Shown one piece after another: positions 12,243 through 24,676 of a stretch of DNA of 64,000 nucleotides. Under the pieces are notes generated by a model, which had not been told where the DNA came from, searched no databases, and worked only from the letters and a program-made list of their open reading frames with translations. A program made the translations under genes and the position numbers. Positions within the stretch are counted from its first letter, which is position 1. Each line of letters starts with the position of its first letter. This DNA comes from Ramazzottius varieornatus (Eukaryota; Animalia; Tardigrada): assembly GCA_001949185.1 (NCBI GenBank), contig BDGG01000003.1, positions 190,679 through 254,678 on the forward strand, written 5' to 3'.

Positions 12243-13473
12243 ATGTCAAACGTAACCAAGCTCTCACTCGTGCTTGTTGGTCTGGTGACTATTTCGATCC
12301 CCTTTCTCCCTACAGGTATGTGGCGCTGTGTGCCTCGATCGTTGTCCGATCATAACAGGGATGAGCAGTTCTGGAACGGCGTAGCGTTTTTGGACCAGTT
12401 TTCCGCTTCGCTACGCTATATAACGAAACTATAGCGGAACCGGGCATACTCAGAACTATTCAGAGCAGCGAAGCGATAATGATCTTTAGCGGAAATAGCG
12501 GATTTTGAGCCTTGCACAAGGAATTTTACCATAGCGGTAGCAAAGCGGATAGCGGACCCTTGTACCTCCTAGCTGGTCACAGCGAAGTGCTGCTGTCTCT
12601 TGAAAGCGGTAGCGAAGCGGACTGAAGCAAACCCCATAACTTGCTCATCCCTGGATCATAGTATAAGTCCAGCGTGTACAGCTCACAGTCATAGTGCGGT
12701 GTTTCACAGGCAGTGCCCTGAGGTGTTATGTTTGTGACGGAAGGGGATGCGAAAATGCAGCGGGATACAGCACCGTTTCTTGCGGTAGGGGGTATGGACC
12801 GGAGGAACGTGTCCGGTGTCTTAAGTTCGTCGGGACCAACTATAGATACGTGCCCAGCTTGGGTGTCTACAACATCAGTACGCCACATTGAGTAGACACG
12901 ATGCGCAACATCCTACGACGACACGAACACGAAGGCCCGACCACGGTGGAATCGGTGAATGGTGTGTGTGGAACGTTGAAATAATGAGTGGAGCGTATAA
13001 AACTGCACGTTGACGTGAGCGGCGTTACGATGGAAGGGCGTTTATACGCTCCACTCAGGATTTCAACGTTCCACACACATCATTCACCGATTCCACCGTA
13101 GTCGGGCCTTGTTGTTCGTATCGTCGTAGGATGTTGCGCATCGTGTATAGTTTCACCCCGTTACTGATATTGTATTAATTTTAATTGAACAGTACACTGC
13201 AAATTGTGTCTTGTAGTAACCGGTACTCAGCGCTCGTGTGCAACACGTGGATTCATGACGGCGTATTTCGGATCTTATTCAACGAGTGGTTATATGGCTG
13301 CATGGAACCAGAATATCTCGGTGGACAACAACTATAATATATGGCGAGGCGAGATGCACTACTGTTCGGGCAATGGATGCAACGGTTCCTCCGTCGTCAG
13401 CATCAGCATTTTGGTGTTTGGTGTAGCCAGCTTCTTGTCAGTTTTGACGGCCTGGCCCACCGTGAAGCGATAA
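12243..13473 (+). CDS. Ly6/three-finger (quiver-like) GPI-type protein
   Basis: Exons 12243-12315 (signal), 12710-12877 (ALRCYVC..C..C..RCLKF) and 13217-13473 (RSC..HYCSGNGCN plus hydrophobic tail). Confidence 0.82.
12356..12653. mobile_element. hAT-type MITE in intron 1 of the Ly6 gene
   Basis: TIR CAGGGATGAGCA/TGCTCATCCCTG; TSD GATCATAA/GATCATAG (7/8); internal TAGCGG repeats. Confidence 0.8.
12897..13145. mobile_element. Fold-back MITE with ~105-bp inverted arms, in intron 2
   Basis: CACGATGCGCAACATCCTACGACG...GTGGAGCGTATAAA mirrored by TTTATACGCTCCAC...CGTCGTAGGATGTTGCGCATCGTG; flanks GA and TA. Confidence 0.8.
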
Positions 13474-15312
13474 CACTTGGTGGCTAACTGAAGATACCTA
13501 GCGCCAGCTGTGATTAACAGAAGCACGGTTTCATCCGTGATAATCGCGTCTTTATTCAGCTCGGGTCTTAAGTTTCATAGATTGGTTGCTTCTGGCGACA
13601 TAAAGTGTTGCGCCAGCAAACCTCCATCAAGCTCCTTTCCGCCAGTTCTTTGTTCATTCTGAGATTCGGTCGCGTCATAGGTGGCAAGGTCGCGTAATAT
13701 AAGAGGTTGTAGACTACCATCACAGCAGCTAGCGACGTTGTGATGTAACGGCGCTACTGTACGTACACGCACAGACGAGAAATTTCGGGCCAGCAAAAAC
13801 TCTGGACCAGGCTATTTCGCTACGGCGGTACGGATGCACGTTAGTACGCGACTGATTTACAGTGCCAGATTAAAGTGATTGTACCACAGCTGTTCCATAT
13901 CCAAACCACAACGCCGTATCCAGCGTAAAATGATCTCGCTGGCGCGGTGGATGGTAGTTTGAACGAGAATTTATCCCGGCGGATTATCCAGCCATCGATA
14001 GGTTTTTCATCCCCCGTCCGATAGGTTTGATATCCGTTGCTGTTCCAAACGGAAGTTGCGCGAGATGCAGCTTGGTTCGGCTTGATACGGAGCTACATGC
14101 GTACCCTTCATTTTGAAGGTACGACCTGCCGTCGAGTTTTCATTGGTCGGCTGACAATACCGGCAAGTCGTAGCTGGCTTAGTTCTGGCATTCTTTTCAC
14201 CAACAAAAAGCGCAAGTATCCGGCACAGCCATTGCAGCTCCACTGCATTCCGAATTTTGCCAGCCATTCTATCGTTTACTTTACGCAAGAGAACTTAGCA
14301 GATTTTCACGAGCTGCTGATGACTTTGTGTTTGGTCGACCATTACTTCTCCTTGTTGTACTAATCCATGGATCATCTTCGGGATCTTCACGAAAGGAGGA
14401 CGGGAGAACACCAAATAAGAAGCAGGTGCAGGACTGGAGTTTACAGGCCAATGCAGGTAAGTAACTTCCATCGGCGCATTGCCTCGATCAGCTGGTTTTG
14501 CCAAGTCGATGCTCCTGATATCCTGACGTTGACAGTATTCGTCTCGTTGCTGTTTCAGATTCTTCGACGACAGACGAGGTAAGCTGGGTGTTCGAACGGA
14601 TGGACGGATGTCTGGTCGACCAAAGATTTGTCTGGAGGGGCATCCCGGGAATTCACTTCGTCTTACTGACTGATGATTGTTTACCTTTCGTCGATTCTCG
14701 TCCGCTACTTGTTGGTAATTCTAGTTGTTTTCTCGGTTCTTCGTTAGCGTCTACTGGACCTAATTCGACTTTGTTTCACCTCGTTTACTGATTTTTCGTG
14801 TATGTTTGCACGGAAACGATTAAAATTCTGAACGAAACTGTCGTCGGTCGTGAGGGGGATAACCAGAGGAACGGCGGTTGTATCCGAGCAGGAGGAAAAT
14901 TTGAACTGAGGAGGATCAGCGAGGGTGAGCGAGCACTTGTATTATCTAGTTTCCCCTCTAGTTATCGTGCTCTCTTTATCCAGACCAGATCGCCGTAACG
15001 TCCTTCCAATTTAAGGGTAGATTTAGAACACGGCTGGTACATCGGAGTTAGTGATGTTCTAATATGGAATAATGACATCTAATATAATAAAAATAAATAT
15101 CAGCCGTCTGCTAAAGTCTTACTAACTCCGAACTACTATAGTAAAACCTCTGCCTGACTTACTAAAATATTACTATAGTAGAAGTTTTGGAGGTTCGTTA
15201 TTAAAATATATTTTAATATCGAAGAGCTCGACAGAAGATCTAAAGAATCAGAATCACATCAATCAGGCTAGCAAGAATGCTCCCCAGTATTTGCTCGGAC
15301 CGTCTAAAGTGC

Positions 15313-18300
15313 TTAATCGTCAAGATCGGACAAGTATTCTGAATTTCGGAGACAGAGAATTTTTCTTTCGAGATTGTGACCAGCTAGTCTGTTTCCCTTC
15401 CCCATAGTCGCCGCCGATGCGATAGAGAAGACTCTTTCGGGCGCACTCGAAGCAGTGGGAATGGCCAGGATGTCCAAAGCGAGACGACTCAACAGAGGGA
15501 ACTTATCAGCATTCTGTATCCAGAAGACTTCCGGGTTGTCTTCAACGTTGTCGTCGGAGCCGACAGGAAGGCTTACGTAGGTCTGAACTTCCAAGTCAAA
15601 TGGAGATTTCTGTTGCGTGACTTCTGAACTTGCATCGATGAAGAAATCCAAGTCGTCAATACCATCTGGAGAACTGTTCGCATTCAGTGCAGTCGATTCT
15701 AGCAATGTTCCTGAAAAGCAGCGAGGTGCTACGTTTGTCACCCCCATAGAAACTAGGTATGACATGTGACCGGTATGTGTTTACCTTGCGTGGGCTCCTC
15801 ATACCACTCAATGTTTTTCAATGACAGCCATCTCGAAGCAAGACTAGACAGTCGCTGTGGCAATGTAAGTCTCAGTTTCTTATGGAGAAATGTGCTCGCA
15901 ATGTAGACAGCATCGAACTTTGAGTTGCAATCATCTATCACATATCCGAGCACGCGCGACAGCTCTGAATCCATGGCAAGAATGACCTGAACGACAAACA
16001 CGATCACCGTGCACCACCATAAGTAAGATAGATTTCGATTGTAGTTTTTAGTAAGATTTTCCGTAGGAAAGTGTATGGCGAGAAAATTAAAGCTTGAAGT
16101 GACATACTACAGCACATTTTGTTATTTTTCTGAGTTGGCGCTAATTACCCCTTCGAATGGGTTCTCAATATGGAAGCTTGAAAAGTCGAGTTTGAGAAGA
16201 GCATCGCGAACTGACTCCAAATGCCTGACTAGTCCGTTCGTGTAAAAGTGAACTCGGTGGATGGTCGCTTCCTTATCCGCGCTGAGTTTGTCCGTAACCT
16301 GTGAATACTCAATACATATGACATCGAACCAAAAATTTCTGACTTCATCAGAAATTATAAAGGGATAGCTCAAAGACTTGCTGACCGTATTAAACTTCTC
16401 CAGTAGACGTATGATAAATTTTATGATGAGCCATTCACCAGGAGTTAAACCAGGGATCTTCAAGCGACGAGCCATGATCTCTTCCACGGGTTCTCGTACT
16501 TCATCAAGTCGTCGCAGAAAGAGCAGAGTAGAATTCCATCGGGCTGAGACATCTGCGATTAATGTCAGCCCGGTAGCTTTGAGAAGTTCACCCGTGGTTA
16601 CGTGAGACATTCGGAAAGTCTTGACTATAATTCTGGCTTTCTTGATGATCGGCTTTAGCTTTTCATTCTTCTCGAATGCTCGAACCGCGGTCTGCAGTCG
16701 ATGGATGGTACAACTGTGACGCTTGATTCTGCAACAGAAAAGAATTCACACTGACGTGCGGTTGACCGTAATGCTCGAAAAGCAGAACATTCATTTATTC
16801 CATATGGACGTGTGATGTGGAAGCTCGGCAAACAAACTAGACAGAAAGGTTTTCTTGTGTCGCGCAGTTTGACAGTGTTATCGCCTGAAAGCGTGCGCCA
16901 CTCGAAGATCCATCTTGTCAATTTTTGTTTGCCTAGGAATTATATATGGACAAAGCGCAGTAAGAGAAAATTACCTTCCGTCAAACTCGGTCTCGCATTC
17001 ACCCTCGAACCTCATGTACTCATTGACCTCTTGCTGCGTGTTCGCGTCTTCCATTTCAACTGAAACTACGCTCAGCAGTGCTTCTTCCTCCTCTGACTCG
17101 TCAGGATTTACCGGACTATTCGACTGAACGAGGTCTTCGACTGAAAGCGGCCACCATGTTTGAACCGTTGTCCGTCACTACGGCGGATATCTTGTACGAA
17201 GGAATCTCCCACCCAGCCAAAATCTCCATCGTAAGCTTGAATAATCGAGCGGCACTGTGTGGACTCGGAAAAGTGCGACATGCCAGGGTCATCCTTCGCA
17301 TCGTCTTCGTGGGATGATCATACATCCGCACCGTTACCGCCAGCTTCGACTCAGACATTCCGCGTTTAGTCCAGATGTCTATAAATAAATAACACTAAAC
17401 GTCAATCTCAGTCAAAATAGTAACCGCTCAACATTAAAATTAACTGTCATGTCAGTCAGAAATTTGGACGACATCATTTTTCCAGCTGGCGCACACTTTC
17501 AGCCAGAAAAACCGGAGCAGGCGTCACTTGGGACAACAGTTAATGTCATTAAGTCTGCTCGTCATAATGGCGCAGACTTTCAGGAAATAACAGTGAAAAT
17601 GTGCGCCACGTAACGAATAGTCTTGCAAATTTGTTTGAGGCCGTGCTAATTCCGATTCACCTGTAGAGAGAGATATCTTGGTGGCACGACAAAGCTCTGC
17701 CTTCATGTTACCAAGCTTCTGCTCATAGACCTTATCCATTTCCGTATTCAGGGCTTTCCTTCCAAAAGCAGGGGAACGAGGATCATGCTTCACGAAAGCA
17801 CGTTGGGTAGCCGGATTCGCGCATAAGGATGGAGTCGCCGTTGTCCGTAAAACCCACAAGGCCCGTTCGCGCAGGATCGTTCGATATCTACAGTCAGAAA
17901 GCACAAATAATTAGCCTGAAGTAGATCGACGGAGAGAGCAGAAAGAAACAGCAACAAGCAACAGCAAAGGCCGACTTACCTCAAACTTCCCTGCTCGTAC
18001 GGGTTTGACGATTCGAATTTCAGCTTGGACTGGATCATGGCAATGCCTGTTGCTGGCTTGTCCTGCTTCTTCTTCTTGAGGTCTTTACGAAGCTTTTCCT
18101 GCTCTTCATACTTGGCAAATGCGTCGGGATGACGGTTCTTCAGATGGGACACAGCGTTTCCGGTGTTGCCAGCAGGCTTCGCTTCATGGCTACAGGATTT
18201 ACACGTTGACGTACCCGTCTCAGCATCCTCAGTATAGTACTGCCATACTGCAGAAGCTTTCTTTTGACCACCGGGTAGTTTACGCTTTTGGGAAAATCGA

Positions 18301-18485
18301 CTGGAAGACGATGTCGAAGGCGGTCGAGACGACTCATCTTCGGAGTCTGAACCGTCGTCGGTTTCCGCAATGTCGATTACTGGTGGGCTTGCTGCTATTG
18401 CAGCTGCTACAGGAACTTTCCCTCTTTCCGGTGGTAGCTCCTTCTTTGCGCCTTTTATAGGCTTTGTCCGCGACGGTGGTCTCAT
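15313..18485 (-). pseudogene. hAT transposase, multi-intron, with an apparent frameshift near 17140
   Basis: BED finger (VWQYY..CKSC..HLKNRH), STDIWT, VTDNGSNM, CTIH, RWNST, and the C-terminal dimerisation motif FW..FPLLSRLALDILAIPTASSAPERVFS. Confidence 0.88.
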
Positions 18486-18812
18486 GACTCTCTGACAATC
18501 TAGCAGTTCTTTGCAAATAAGAGGAGAACAGACAAACAATTTGTCGAAGGCAGTAGGCCAGTAGCAACTCCTGTAGTACAGCTTGCATCCTGCACCTACA
18601 CTCTCTAACATGGCCGGTTAAAGTGTCGCACCGTATGCAGCTGCATGATATCCTACGGTATTCATTCGCAATTTCGCAGTACGGCAGTAGCCCTACTGTG
18701 CCGCTGTAGAGGCATCGGTATGGTGTGGCGCACTTTATAGGGCGTGGTCGCACATTGAGCAACCAGCGCACAGGCAGTTTTTTGAACCAGCGGTGCCGTT
18801 AACCGGATAGTA

Positions 18813-20251
18813 TCAGGTGATAAGGTATGACTTGTCGCCTCACACCAGTCTTACATTGAAAAATCCATATCTCTCTTTTAGCGCGATCGTTTCGTCTCGG
18901 TTTTTTTTGTGTCGATGCTAGTGTTCGTCTACTATCTTTCGCTGCTTCGTTTATGTTAGTTTGTTGCTTCTGCCCTCTCTGTGGAGTTATTGGCGCGCCC
19001 ATGGACAAGAGCAAGTTACGGACTATTTTCGAGTATGAATTTCGTCGCGGCACCAACGCAGCACAGACAGCCCGGAATATCAACAATGTGTTTGGTGAAG
19101 ACGCCACTAACGAACGTACGGTGGAACGATGGTATGCTCGTTTCCGTTCGGGAGATTTCAGTCTCGAAGATCACCCTCACGGAAGGCCAAAACTGAAAGT
19201 GAACAACGACGAGCTGAGAAAGCTGGTGGAGTCCGATCCTTCCCAAACGTCTGCCGTATTGTCTCAACACTTCAACGTATCACCCGTGACTATCGATTTG
19301 CACCTTCGTCAGATCGGTAAGGTGAAAAAGTTGGAAAAGTGGGTACCTCATCAACTTAGCGCACTCCAGAAAAGGCATCGTGTGGACGTGTGTCTTTCTC
19401 TCCTCAACCGTTCCAGAAACGAACCTTTCCTGCATCGAATTGTTACGTGTGATGAGAAGTGGATTCTTTACAACAACCGGAAGCGGAAGAAGGTAATTTT
19501 GAGCCCAGGTGAAGTCCCGAAACTATTCCAAAGCCTGAGCNNNNNNNNNNNNNNNNNNNNNNNNNNNNNNNNNNNNNNNNNNNNNNNNNNNNNNNNNNNN
19601 NNNNNNNNNNNNNNNNGATTCTTTAACAACCGGAAGCGGAAGAAGGTAATTTTGAGCCCAGGTGAAGTCCCGAAAACTATTCCAAAGCCTGAGCTTCACC
19701 AACGCAAGATCATGGTTACTGTTTGGTGGACAATGGAAGGGATAGTGCACTATGACTTTCTTCCTCCTGGCAGAACAATAGTAGCAGACTACTACTCTCT
19801 GGAACTGGAGGAAATGATGAAGAAGCTGACCGTCAAGCAACCAAAGTTGGTCAATCGTGACAAGCCCCTGCTGCTACACGACAACGCAAAAGCTCACTCC
19901 GCGAAAAAGACTTATGCCAAATTACGCGAGCTCGGTCTGGAAACTCTTCCTCATCCACCATACAGTCCTGACTTAGCTCCAACAGATTATCACTTCTTTT
20001 TGAATTTTGATAACTTTTTGAGAGGAGGAAAATTTAATTCCGAAGAAGCTGTGAAAAGTGCCTTCGAGAACTTCGCCGGTTCTCTTTCTCTCGAGTTCTT
20101 CCGTAAAGGCCTATCTTGTCTACCGGAAAAATGGCAAAAGTGTGTCGATAGTAATGGTGAATACTTCGATTGAAAAGGATTAGATTCAAACTGGGGAAAA
20201 TTGTAATAAAATTTTATGTTGGTGGCCGACAAGTCATACCTTATCACCTGA
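18813..20251 (+). mobile_element. mariner (DD34D) element
   Basis: TA|TCAGGTGATAAGGTATGACTTGTCG ... CGACAAGTCATACCTTATCACCTGA|TA. Confidence 0.95.
19001..20173 (+). CDS. mariner transposase, probably intact; spans a gap with duplicated flanks
   Basis: HTH, GRP, WVPHQL, TCDEKW, LHDNA and YSPDLAPTDY motifs; no stops outside the gap region. Confidence 0.9.
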   Translation: MDKSKLRTIFEYEFRRGTNAAQTARNINNVFGEDATNERTVERWYARFRSGDFSLEDHPHGRPKLKVNNDELRKLVESDPSQTSAVLSQHFNVSPVTIDLHLRQIGKVKKLEKWVPHQLSALQKRHRVDVCLSLLNRSRNEPFLHRIVTCDEKWILYNNRKRKKVILSPGEVPKLFQSLSXXXXXXXXXXXXXXXXXXXXXXXXXXFFNNRKRKKVILSPGEVPKTIPKPELHQRKIMVTVWWTMEGIVHYDFLPPGRTIVADYYSLELEEMMKKLTVKQPKLVNRDKPLLLHDNAKAHSAKKTYAKLRELGLETLPHPPYSPDLAPTDYHFFLNFDNFLRGGKFNSEEAVKSAFENFAGSLSLEFFRKGLSCLPEKWQKCVDSNGEYFD

Positions 20252-22273
20252 TAAAATATATTTTACTTCAGATGACGAACAGCTTAATAATAATAAAATA
20301 TCGCACTTCTACTTTCGAGCTACTAAAATATTAATATCGGGTTCCGGAGCCTAAACCTGTTTACTAAATGTTACTAAATATAGTAGATGCTCAAACCATC
20401 TACTTTAATATAATATTACTATATTAGAACATCACTAATCGGAGTACGAAACGTAAGCTTAGGCCAGTCACCAGCCAAGTACTCAAGTTTAATGTGGGAG
20501 TACACGCACGACGAGATANNNNNNNNNNNNNNNNNNNNNNNNNNNNNNNNNNNNNNNNNNNNNNNNNNTTTTCGGTACGGCGGTACGGAAGCACGTACGT
20601 ACGCGACCGATCCACAAATACACTTTTCGACACTTTTCTACGTTTGAATTTTTATTTTTCCGCCTGGCAATCAATTTTTACTGGCCCACAATATCTCGTC
20701 GCGCGTGTAATACACTTTTCGACACTTCTCTGCGGTTGAATTTCCATTTTTCCTTCTTTTCCGCCTGCCCCATGATTTGTACTGGCCCATTATTTCTCGT
20801 CCTGTGTGTACTGTGTATGTTTGTTAGAGATCTTCAGCCCATAATCATATGGTCGCTGGTAGGCTTTTTTGCTCGATCCGACCAACGACAGGCCCAACTT
20901 TCGTCAGAAAGTAGTATATTTGATCCAGACATTCAGAACGCGATCCTTTGTATCCGGGTATATCGCGCCATGTTCACCGATCGTTTTGAGTTTCATGTCT
21001 TCCCGTGGCTGGAGTTTTGTGTGCAAAATTCTCAAAAGAGAACTTGAGAAAAATGTATATCTCAGTTAAGCGTTTCGCCTTCCTTCTTGCAGTTTTATTT
21101 GCGTTGAGTCCTTTCGCGTTTCCCACAGGTAAGACTCGGTTTATAATCACCCTCTGCATGGGTTTGCTTCTTACATATGTGCCCGTCTTTGTAACAAGTA
21201 ACGCGTTGAGGTGCATCACGTGCAATGAAATGGAGCAAGATGCGCATGCAATAAATGTAACCGGTATGCGCGCACAGCCCGTTTGCGCCGGGTATGACGG
21301 TGAGCCCCTTAGATGCCTCACGTTCACTGGGCTGAATTACGTAAATTTCAACGGTAAGACCAGCTCCGCAAACTCGATTGGTGGGTTTGTCCAAGCTTTC
21401 TGCAATAGTCCAGAATAGACTTGCGAAGACACTGCTTTACGTCTTTTAGTGGACGCAACCCAGCGAAGGTGAGGCACATTGAGGTTTAGGAGAGCGTACT
21501 TTGGAAACTTTCTTGCCATATGAGTTCACGCCATACAGCTGCATACTGTATAATCGCGCTTTGCTACGGTTGGTAACTCATTTCAGGCATACTGGGCCAG
21601 CAACCCGTCGGTTCGGTGGCTTTAGCCGTCAAACATGTGACAACTTGATGTATGGCGAGAAATTTACAGGCAAGAAGCGCCCTCGGGGACGAGGTGCACG
21701 TCCCAGCTACAGGTTGTGTCAGCCAAGTTGGCGGTGTGGAAGTTTTCTTCCCTTCAAAAAATTGAGTGTCAATGCTCTTTGGTTTATTCTATTTCAGTCC
21801 TGTTTTGTAGAAGGGTGTATTCTTGGGTTATTTCTAATTGGTCAGGACGAATTGTTTTCGGTTCTGACCCCAGGTGTGTGTCCGAGGGTCTTTGGGTAGT
21901 TCGATAGAGCAACTCATGTACTGCGTAGCGCATGTTAGGAAAGTGGTTTTTGACCGCTGGTCTGGGAGATAGGCAGCCGGAAGCTAGAAGTCCAAAAACA
22001 TGAAATTACCATAATTACATGACAAAACTGGGCAAAATTAGCTGTATTGAAATTCAGCAACCACAGTACCGAAATTTCGCAAAAGTAGGACTGCAGTGTT
22101 AAAATTAATATACGGAGGATAATGGTAGGGAAACTGAACTGTGGCGTAGATAATCAAGGAAACACAGGTCACGTGCTGCCAACATGTAATGCATTTCCTA
22201 CCTTGTATACTGCCGCTTATCTATTTCAACTCCTTTCTCTTTAGCCTACTCGTACCCCTGCCTTGCCTGTCTA

Positions 22274-24242
22274 CAGTGTACGCCAATATGGTCACCCGAA
22301 ACTGGGCGGAGTTTTTGGGCGTTAACCACAACCCCGACAACTAATGAACAACAGCCAACTGCTGGATTTATTTATTTTACAATGAGCAGAACACTAACAG
22401 TAAAACAGAAACGTATACCATAAAACAGGAAATCTCATGAGGTAAAACACGAAAGACAACCGAAAATGAAATTATGAGTTCAGTAAGGGATGCGAGCACC
22501 GGAGTTGTTGATACACTCAGTCATTCTGCTGTACATCGAGCTCACCAGGTTACTGCAGTACTCGGGAGTAACAATTACCTTCCATGCTTCCTGAATTAGA
22601 GTGTCAAGCTCCTCAAGATCTTTCGGTCTTCGATCACAGATATACATATTCATTTTTCCCCAGACATTCTCGATGACATTGAGGTCTGGCGATCTAGACG
22701 GCCATGTCAACACCTAAAAGAAGTACGAAAAATTTGTGTACTTATGTTTATCCAAAAACAAAATATATTGTGTAACATGGGCGTATCAGATAAAAAACAC
22801 TATTGTTTTACGAGAAAAAAACTTTGAATGAGTCCGCTCATCCGCCTTTGCGCCTAACACCCTTCCGCAACGTTTTCGCTCGATTCAACAACCGATTGGT
22901 CTGCTCTAGTAAATTTGAAAATTGAAAACAGAAATATTTAAATACTGTTTAATAGAAAGCGTACTTACTTCTATTCCTTCTCGCCAGAAAAATTGACCCA
23001 TCCGTCTAGAGGTGTGTACTGGACACTTGTCTTGCTGGAACACCAAATCCCGACCATGCTTCTCAAGATACGGAAGTAGTCGCTCGAACAAAACTTCTTC
23101 GTAGGCGCCCGAACCTATTCGACCGTCAACTCGAATTAACGCTACAAGTCCACATGCTGTGATGGCACCCCACAACATTATCCCGCCTTTAATGCGCGTA
23201 CCTACGGCGACTTGCAAGTCTTCATCGTGACGGTTTTCCTCCTTCAAGTACCAGCACTATAACGATAAGTGATAAGTATATCGAATTTATCAGATTCATT
23301 AAACGCGTTAACGTGTTAAATTTAACAGGCACCTTGCGTTTTCGACGAAAGCCTTAAACAATTGACCAAGGAAATAGAAAAATCGTTCCGAATGACAAAC
23401 TTGCTTCTCGAAGACCTTAATACTTCGAGAGCAGAGACTCATGAATTTAGAAGGTTAAACGAACTGATTTTCAGAAGGTTAATATTATTTACCTCGATCT
23501 TACCACCGTGCAAGTTGAAACGAAATTCGTCACTGAAAACCACATCATGGAACAGGGTGGGGTTTTCCAGGAGTTGTTCACACTGAAACAGGCACCAGAA
23601 CACCCGGTTGTCTTTGTGCTCCTGGGTTAACTCGTCGAGAACAGCTTTGGATCGACGAGTCTTAAACTCACGAAGCCGATTCAGCAACGTCCGGTGGGCG
23701 AGTCCAGCTTCGAGGGCATCGTGGCCGCACTCAGCTCCCGCTTTGACTGAACGAGCCCAAGCATTTCGGCGTCCTGCTCCCCGCTCGTGATACGAGGTCG
23801 TCACTTGGGTTTCACCACTTTCCGCTTCTTGGTTTCGGGATCATAATTCTCGATTGCGTTCTTCACCCACTTGTGGTCTTTTCCCATCACACGCCCAACA
23901 GCACTCAGATTCTTGTTTTTCGCTGAAAACAACTTAAAAACAACGCTGACAAGGGTTGGGTCCACTGGCATACCACGAACCATCTTGAATTCACGAGAAG
24001 ATATTAGAATTTGCGACCCAAAGGATCCGGAGCTGAAAGGATCGCTCGGTAATACAGCTTAGTATATCGCACTACCGGTTGTTGCGCAACAGGTTCATTA
24101 GCAATCAGCTGTGCCTATTTACGTTTAATCAACCATGTCTAATCAACCAGATCACTTTTCCTGGTTTTTAACTGGTCGTCTGCGGCTTGGCTGACGCCCA
24201 AAAACTCCGCCCAGTTTCGGGTGACCATATTGGCGTATACTG
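22274..24242 (-). mobile_element. Tc1-like (DD34E) element with a defective, intron-containing transposase (23983-22480)
   Basis: TA|CAGTGTACGCCAATATGGTCACCCGAAACTGGGCGGAGTTTTTGGGCG ... mirror|TA. Motifs FSDE, FQQD and WPSRSPDLNVIENVW. K*RPR stop at 23801-03 plus a frameshift. Confidence 0.92.
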
Positions 24243-24631
24243 TAGATGCGTCTCATATACGGCTGACTTACTGGCTTCTCTGCTTGTTCCCGTTTGTAGT
24301 AAATATGCAACATTTCATCCAAATGAAGCGAATACCCACCACGAAACATTAATTATACATTATAAGGCTATCGAATATCAGGCTGGGGGCTTTTTAATTA
24401 CCTATGGATATTCCGGAGGGGAAGAAACTTCAAAGCAATTTCCCCAAGTTCCTATCGCTGCCCATGGTCGCCCAATTTAATTGGAGATACAACTCGTCGA
24501 GCTCTACAAGCTCATGACAAAATCGATTTTTTCCGAATTATTTCAAGTATAAACCCTTCTATAAAACAGGCCTCATTTCGAGTAAATACAGCTCACAATC
24601 TGAACTTGTTTTCTGTGTTCGTAAGTTAAAT

Positions 24632-24676
24632 CAATCAGAAACGGGGGCACCTTTGGGGTGCCCCCGTTTCTGATTG
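24632..24676. repeat. Perfect 20-bp stem hairpin
   Basis: CAATCAGAAACGGGGGCACC-tttgg-GGTGCCCCCGTTTCTGATTG. Confidence 0.85.

Larger units (their letters stand above)
15049..20437 (-). mobile_element. hAT transposon containing a nested mariner
   Basis: TIR TAGTGATGTTCTAATAT/ATATTAGAACATCACTA; perfect 8-bp TSD ATCGGAGT (15041-48 and 20438-45); AT-rich subterminal repeats. Confidence 0.95.

Noticed and set aside
13900-15040. Possible LTR-retroelement 5' region or gag remnant interrupted by the hAT
   Set aside because: No recognisable domain, LTR pair or convincing PBS.
19461-19700. Apparent tandem duplication within the mariner transposase
   Set aside because: The same ~80 bp flanks an N-run with single-base indels, typical of an unmerged contig overlap.
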